Below, piece by piece: positions 59,701 through 64,000 of a DNA stretch of 64,000 bases. Every line of letters starts with the position of its first letter. Position 1 is the first letter of the stretch. The notes beneath the pieces are model-generated. The model saw only the letters and a program-made list of their open reading frames with translations, ran no database searches and was not told the origin of the DNA. The DNA lies in the NCBI GenBank assembly GCA_976226885.1, contig OZ320313.1:116064001-116128000 (forward strand), written 5' to 3'. A program made the translations under genes and the position numbers. Source of the DNA: Iphione sp. A-MEVVRFRX5. Taxonomy: Eukaryota.

Positions 59701-60472
59701 TTGCCGCTTTATGATTTTCTATTGTGTTAGAAAGTAATTTGATTATAGGTGCCTCTGGCCAATAGCTGATCATGTTTGCAGTGTGGTCTGTCTTTAAGGT
59801 AGCATTTGACTGTACATGTATATGTTACCATTTATAAGGACATGTAGTCGCCTCCCTCGACCCTTCTGTCCATGGTATCACACTAGTCACTTGACACCTT
59901 TCACCAAAACCCTGTCCACTTTGACTCACCTAAAGCTGGCTCAATACGACTTCTAGCCTGAAACAGTTTGAAACAGGCTGTTTTTGTCATCATGCGGAAT
60001 AAAATTTGTTCACTATTACATTATTATTCCTTGATACGAGATACTCTTGGTCACCACTCCATGGCAAAACAATGACTGAGAAGGAAGCATTTTCTCCCTA
60101 GGAAAATGAATACCTAAATGTTGAATCCCTGCAATACATGACAGTGAGATGTCATGTGACAGCTCCGCAAGTAATACCTGAATATCGATTGATGGAGGCT
60201 ATGTTCTATGTCCTAGAAAGCTGCTTCTATGTATGCATAATGTTTTAATCCAGAACAAGCGCCTTCAGCGTACATCTCTCTTTGTTGTTTCCTAGAGGTG
60301 AGACTATTAGATGTGTCATCCAGTGGAAATACTGTGTGTGTGCCAATGGCAGTATGTACTTTGACCCTTACAGAGGCATGGGGAAAGCATTTTACAACCC
60401 TCAGTTCTGCTTGACTGGACACAGCTGACCAATAGCCCTCGTGTAGTGATACTGTGTGTGTATCAGTGCAAA

Positions 60473-60685
60473 CTGAAAAGTAGTCCAAACTGACAATTTT
60501 TTCTGTATTTTCTTTTGTTTTGTTTTTCATGAGAGAAAACATATACCATTGTATGTTATTTGGAAAAATATCAACATAAACATGTGAAAGTAAGCAAACT
60601 ATCACACTTTGAACAGATCTCACATCTATGAGACCTCTTCCCATGGCCGGACTACTTTCAGGCAACGTTTTATATAGGTAGTGTA
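60473..60685 (-). repeat. Dispersed repeat, copy 2 (homologous to 45013-45221)
   Basis: See copy 1. Both ORF-track translations contain PESSPAM. Confidence 0.85.
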
Positions 60686-61249
60686 AAAATCGATAAAATC
60701 TTGAGACATGATGTCAGGCGCTGATTGTGTGGATTACTTGTTTTTATCAATCAAAAAGAAGTCGAGATACTATGTACGCATTATTAAGAGTCATGAAGCA
60801 AGGGATATATTTTTCCTTCAATGTCATTTTAAAATTGCATATCAACACATAACGATCACCTTCAATGAGGCTGTCTTTCTGGTGTCAGGGGGACAATAAA
60901 AATTTTACACTTTTCACCTATTGGTTGGCCCAGAACGGATATATATATATTGTTCAGGGTAAAGAGATGTCACCAGATGATGTGGCCGTCTGCTCCATGA
61001 GAGAAACAGGTTTACATGTATATATTTGGAGGCTGCATTTCCTGAATTTGGTAGGATAACGCTGGTAGTTGCCCGGATATCTCATGGAATAATGTCTTTC
61101 TTAAACCTTACACTGACTTCATTGATTCCACGAATGAGAAAGACAATTGGTCGATCTGCCTCGAAAGTGATTCTTTAGTGTTCTCAATTTCTCTACTTCC
61201 ATAATACTACATGTACCGGACAAATGACGAATAGTCTCGAAATAACCTT

Positions 61250-62450
61250 TGCTTCCTTGCATCTTTCATTTCTCTCGCAACGTTTGCACCCGTGGACGGC
61301 CTGCTGGCAACCGCCGGGATCACATTCTTTTTTAGCGATTGGTATTTTCCATTTTCGATATAACTACGAAATCTTCAGATACTCCCCTCTACTGCAGGTG
61401 TATCATACCCACTCTGAGCCAGAGAAATCCCACACAGTCGTACTTATGCATAATACCTGAGATATCTGTCCGGGGGGGATATAAGCGCATCTGGTCAGAT
61501 GTAACTGAGAATTTTAAAAATATAGACACCATCAAGGTATCTGTGACTTCACAGATCTATGAAGACATACAGAAAATGGCTTCTTGAGGAATGGTAGATG
61601 GCGTCGGGGGTGACTATGCGACTATAATGGCTTCGCTAGGACCGAACCCTGTGATCCCAATGGCAACATTCTTCCACTTCACATTGAGTTGTTTGTAACA
61701 ACGCTCCCCAGTCACACGTACCAACAATGCTTTTAAAAGAAACCAAATCAAACAGAGTGAAGAGAAAACAGACACCTAGCAGACCAAATACTATTATAGT
61801 AATTCATATTGCATCGTATCGATCCCTAGTAGCAATATGCGGCCTTCGCAGCGCAGGCCCGCGAAACCTATTAATATTCCATATATGTTGTATGTTTAAG
61901 CTCGGGAAAATAGTCACGTTACTAGACGTGCATTTATTCATCGACGGAGTCCGATTCCCTTTCCTGGGAATCCTACCATCCCTTCTCTGAATAGGCCAGT
62001 ATGTAAAAAAGAAACCCATTCCTACACTTCCATGAAATTGTCCTTGTGTTAGATGTAGTCGCACAGCCGGCAGACTGGGGTTTCTTGCCAACAATGCAAT
62101 TGGCCGCATCTTCCGGCGACTAGAGGCAAAGGCAATGTCGGTAGAGAAGGATTAGAGACGGGTTGACGGTGATCTTATTACCAAATATTCCTCGACTCGC
62201 TGCTTTTCCTGAATGCATTGCCCACAGGTCGATAATTAGGGAAATAGGGAGCAGGCTTATAGCCTTTGTGGAGGGACTAAAGTAAGAGAAAGAACGAAGA
62301 TCTAATGAACAGTGCAGGCATTTGCTCTGAGGGGCACGCCGGTCAGATGGAAGCTGGTTTGGGGGTTGACTGTGAGGTCTCTTGACGTCCAGCTTACTTG
62401 TCTTCACTTTCCCTGACGATTGTGATATCATCTGTAGGTATCTACCGATT
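61250..62450 (-). mobile_element. Decayed CR1/L2-group RT sequence (possibly two fragments)
   Basis: Minus strand gggatcacagggttcggtcctagcg gives GSQGSVLA (GVPQGSVLG-like) at ~61637-61661. SDRRAPQ (SYLSDR.Q-like) lies at ~62340 and SMNKC (N..KC-like) at ~61930. Confidence 0.45.
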
Positions 62451-63069
62451 TGATCTGTTGCTTGGCATTCTCATAACACTCTTCAGTTTAACAGGCCATT
62501 CTCTGGAAGTACTTAGATTTGTGTTCCTTTAAGAGAAAGGTAGATGGGCAAGAGGAGAATCTGCACATGTACACGGCTAAGAGGGTGTATTATGTTACGA
62601 AACGTATTGATCTGCTCCCATAATGTAGGTATTGTGCCTGGTACATATCCGGCGAGTTGCAACTTCACCTGCAACTTAATGCTTGCGCGGGCTGCAACTG
62701 ATGGTGTTACATGGCGCGTTTAATGGGACGATATAATCTCATGACTCAGCTAAGGTCAGGAAGACGAGGTTTTGACCTGCAGGCATGGTTGATGTATGAT
62801 GCTTGGTGGGTGGTTCAGCTTAGTGCAGAATGTAAAGTGTCAACTTTCGTGGAGTTATTTTGTTAAATGTGTACTCTGTACATGTGTCCCCCGTAATTTC
62901 ATCCGTACATATGACCTTTTACAATGTAATCAGTATGGCTTGTTATTTTATTTTTGATAGGCGTGTATCTACACAAATGTTCTTGTCTTACCTGTTTAGC
63001 ATGATCTTTTAAATATGATGCGAATGTGCTCTGACACTGTAGTAAGGTTATTATTCTGAAGAGTCATCT

Positions 63070-64000
63070 CAAGTTCAAGTTCAAGTTTTTTATTGAGCAA
63101 AGCAGTAATCCCTATGGATGATATTCGTACAAGGCTCATTTGGTGAAATCAAACAATTACAGATTTATTTGACACAAAGTCCATTTAATGTAATAGATTA
63201 AGTCGTGGTATAGTCTAAGACATAGATGTGGCAGAATAACTAGGACAGAGTCCTATGCAGTATCCGTCAGGTCAAATATTAGCAAGTCCACACAAGTTAC
63301 AACATTAGGTCGTTTTTAGGATGTGTTTGCTCCTTCGTAGGTATGCCTTCAACCGCGGTCTTGGGTATCCTCATACCCTGGATGGGAGACAGTTCCAAGC
63401 TCTGCCTCCTATATAGTAGCAGCTCATACGGTATTTGGCCCCATTTACCCGACTTTTTATCGGGAACCTGGGGCCAGCACTTTCCCTAGTCACGCGCCCT
63501 GTCAGTGGCTGGGCACCCTGCAGCATCAATAGTCCCTGCATAGAAAGTATTAAAAAATAATACATGTGCTCATTCACAGTCATGATACCCATGTTATTCA
63601 TATACTCAAGGACATCTGCTGATGATACTGGCTTATCCAGTATACATCTCTGGACCCTTTCACAAGGCAATTACTGAGCTTCTGCATCAGGGCTTTAGAG
63701 CAACACACCTTAAAATGCTAACCCTATGTCCAGCTGTGAAAGGAAAAATGCATTAAACAACATCAACCGAGTTTTCTCATTTAACTACCATTTCACTCTC
63801 CTGAGTAGATACATGACGGAGTTCATTTTTCATAACTTGTACTCAACAGCCAGATCAAACTGCAGACAATCATCCAGTAGGAAGCTGAGGAAATTGAAGT
63901 TCCTAACCTTCTCGAGTGGCATGCCACCCAAGTTAAGATCCAAGTCAAACACGTTTGCCCGCCCAAGACACATGTATTTACTCTTACTGCGGTTTAAAAC
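63070..64000 (-). mobile_element. CR1/L2-group LINE 3' portion (best-preserved LINE here) with (CTTGAA)3 tail; continues beyond the window
   Basis: LNRSKSKYMCLG...PLEKVRNFNFLSFLLDDCLQF...KMNSVMYLLRRVK..LNEKTRLMLFNAF, then SCYYIGGRAWNCLPSRV, AATAAA and a tandem tail at 63070-63087. Confidence 0.9.

Overview
Eukaryotic (metazoan) genomic DNA with no rRNA, tRNA or CRISPR array that I can support. The abundance of TACATGTA motifs and the transposon mix suggest a marine invertebrate such as amphioxus (inference only). Most of the window is a transposon graveyard: decayed non-LTR retrotransposon fragments (CR1/L2, RTE and RTEX-like), single fragments resembling DIRS RT, Helitron Rep and Gypsy integrase, several short TIR elements (TA-flanked Tc1/mariner-type, TTAA-flanked Kolobok-type) and microsatellites. 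The only convincing intact gene is a spliced Crypton-type tyrosine recombinase (25486-25849 + 25967-27156, +, 517 aa) with a complete R-K-H-R-H-Y catalytic set. It has a 5' UTR splice donor upstream. Downstream it has a promoter-like motif cluster with a second splice donor and a 90-bp hairpin. This arrangement suggests a complete, young or active Crypton and a testable model in which the recombinase is expressed across the junction of the excised circle. Retroelement fragments in the first 24 kb are strongly biased to the minus strand. All decayed-element calls were made by eye from residual protein motifs, so their boundaries are approximate (about 100-200 bp). No database search was run.
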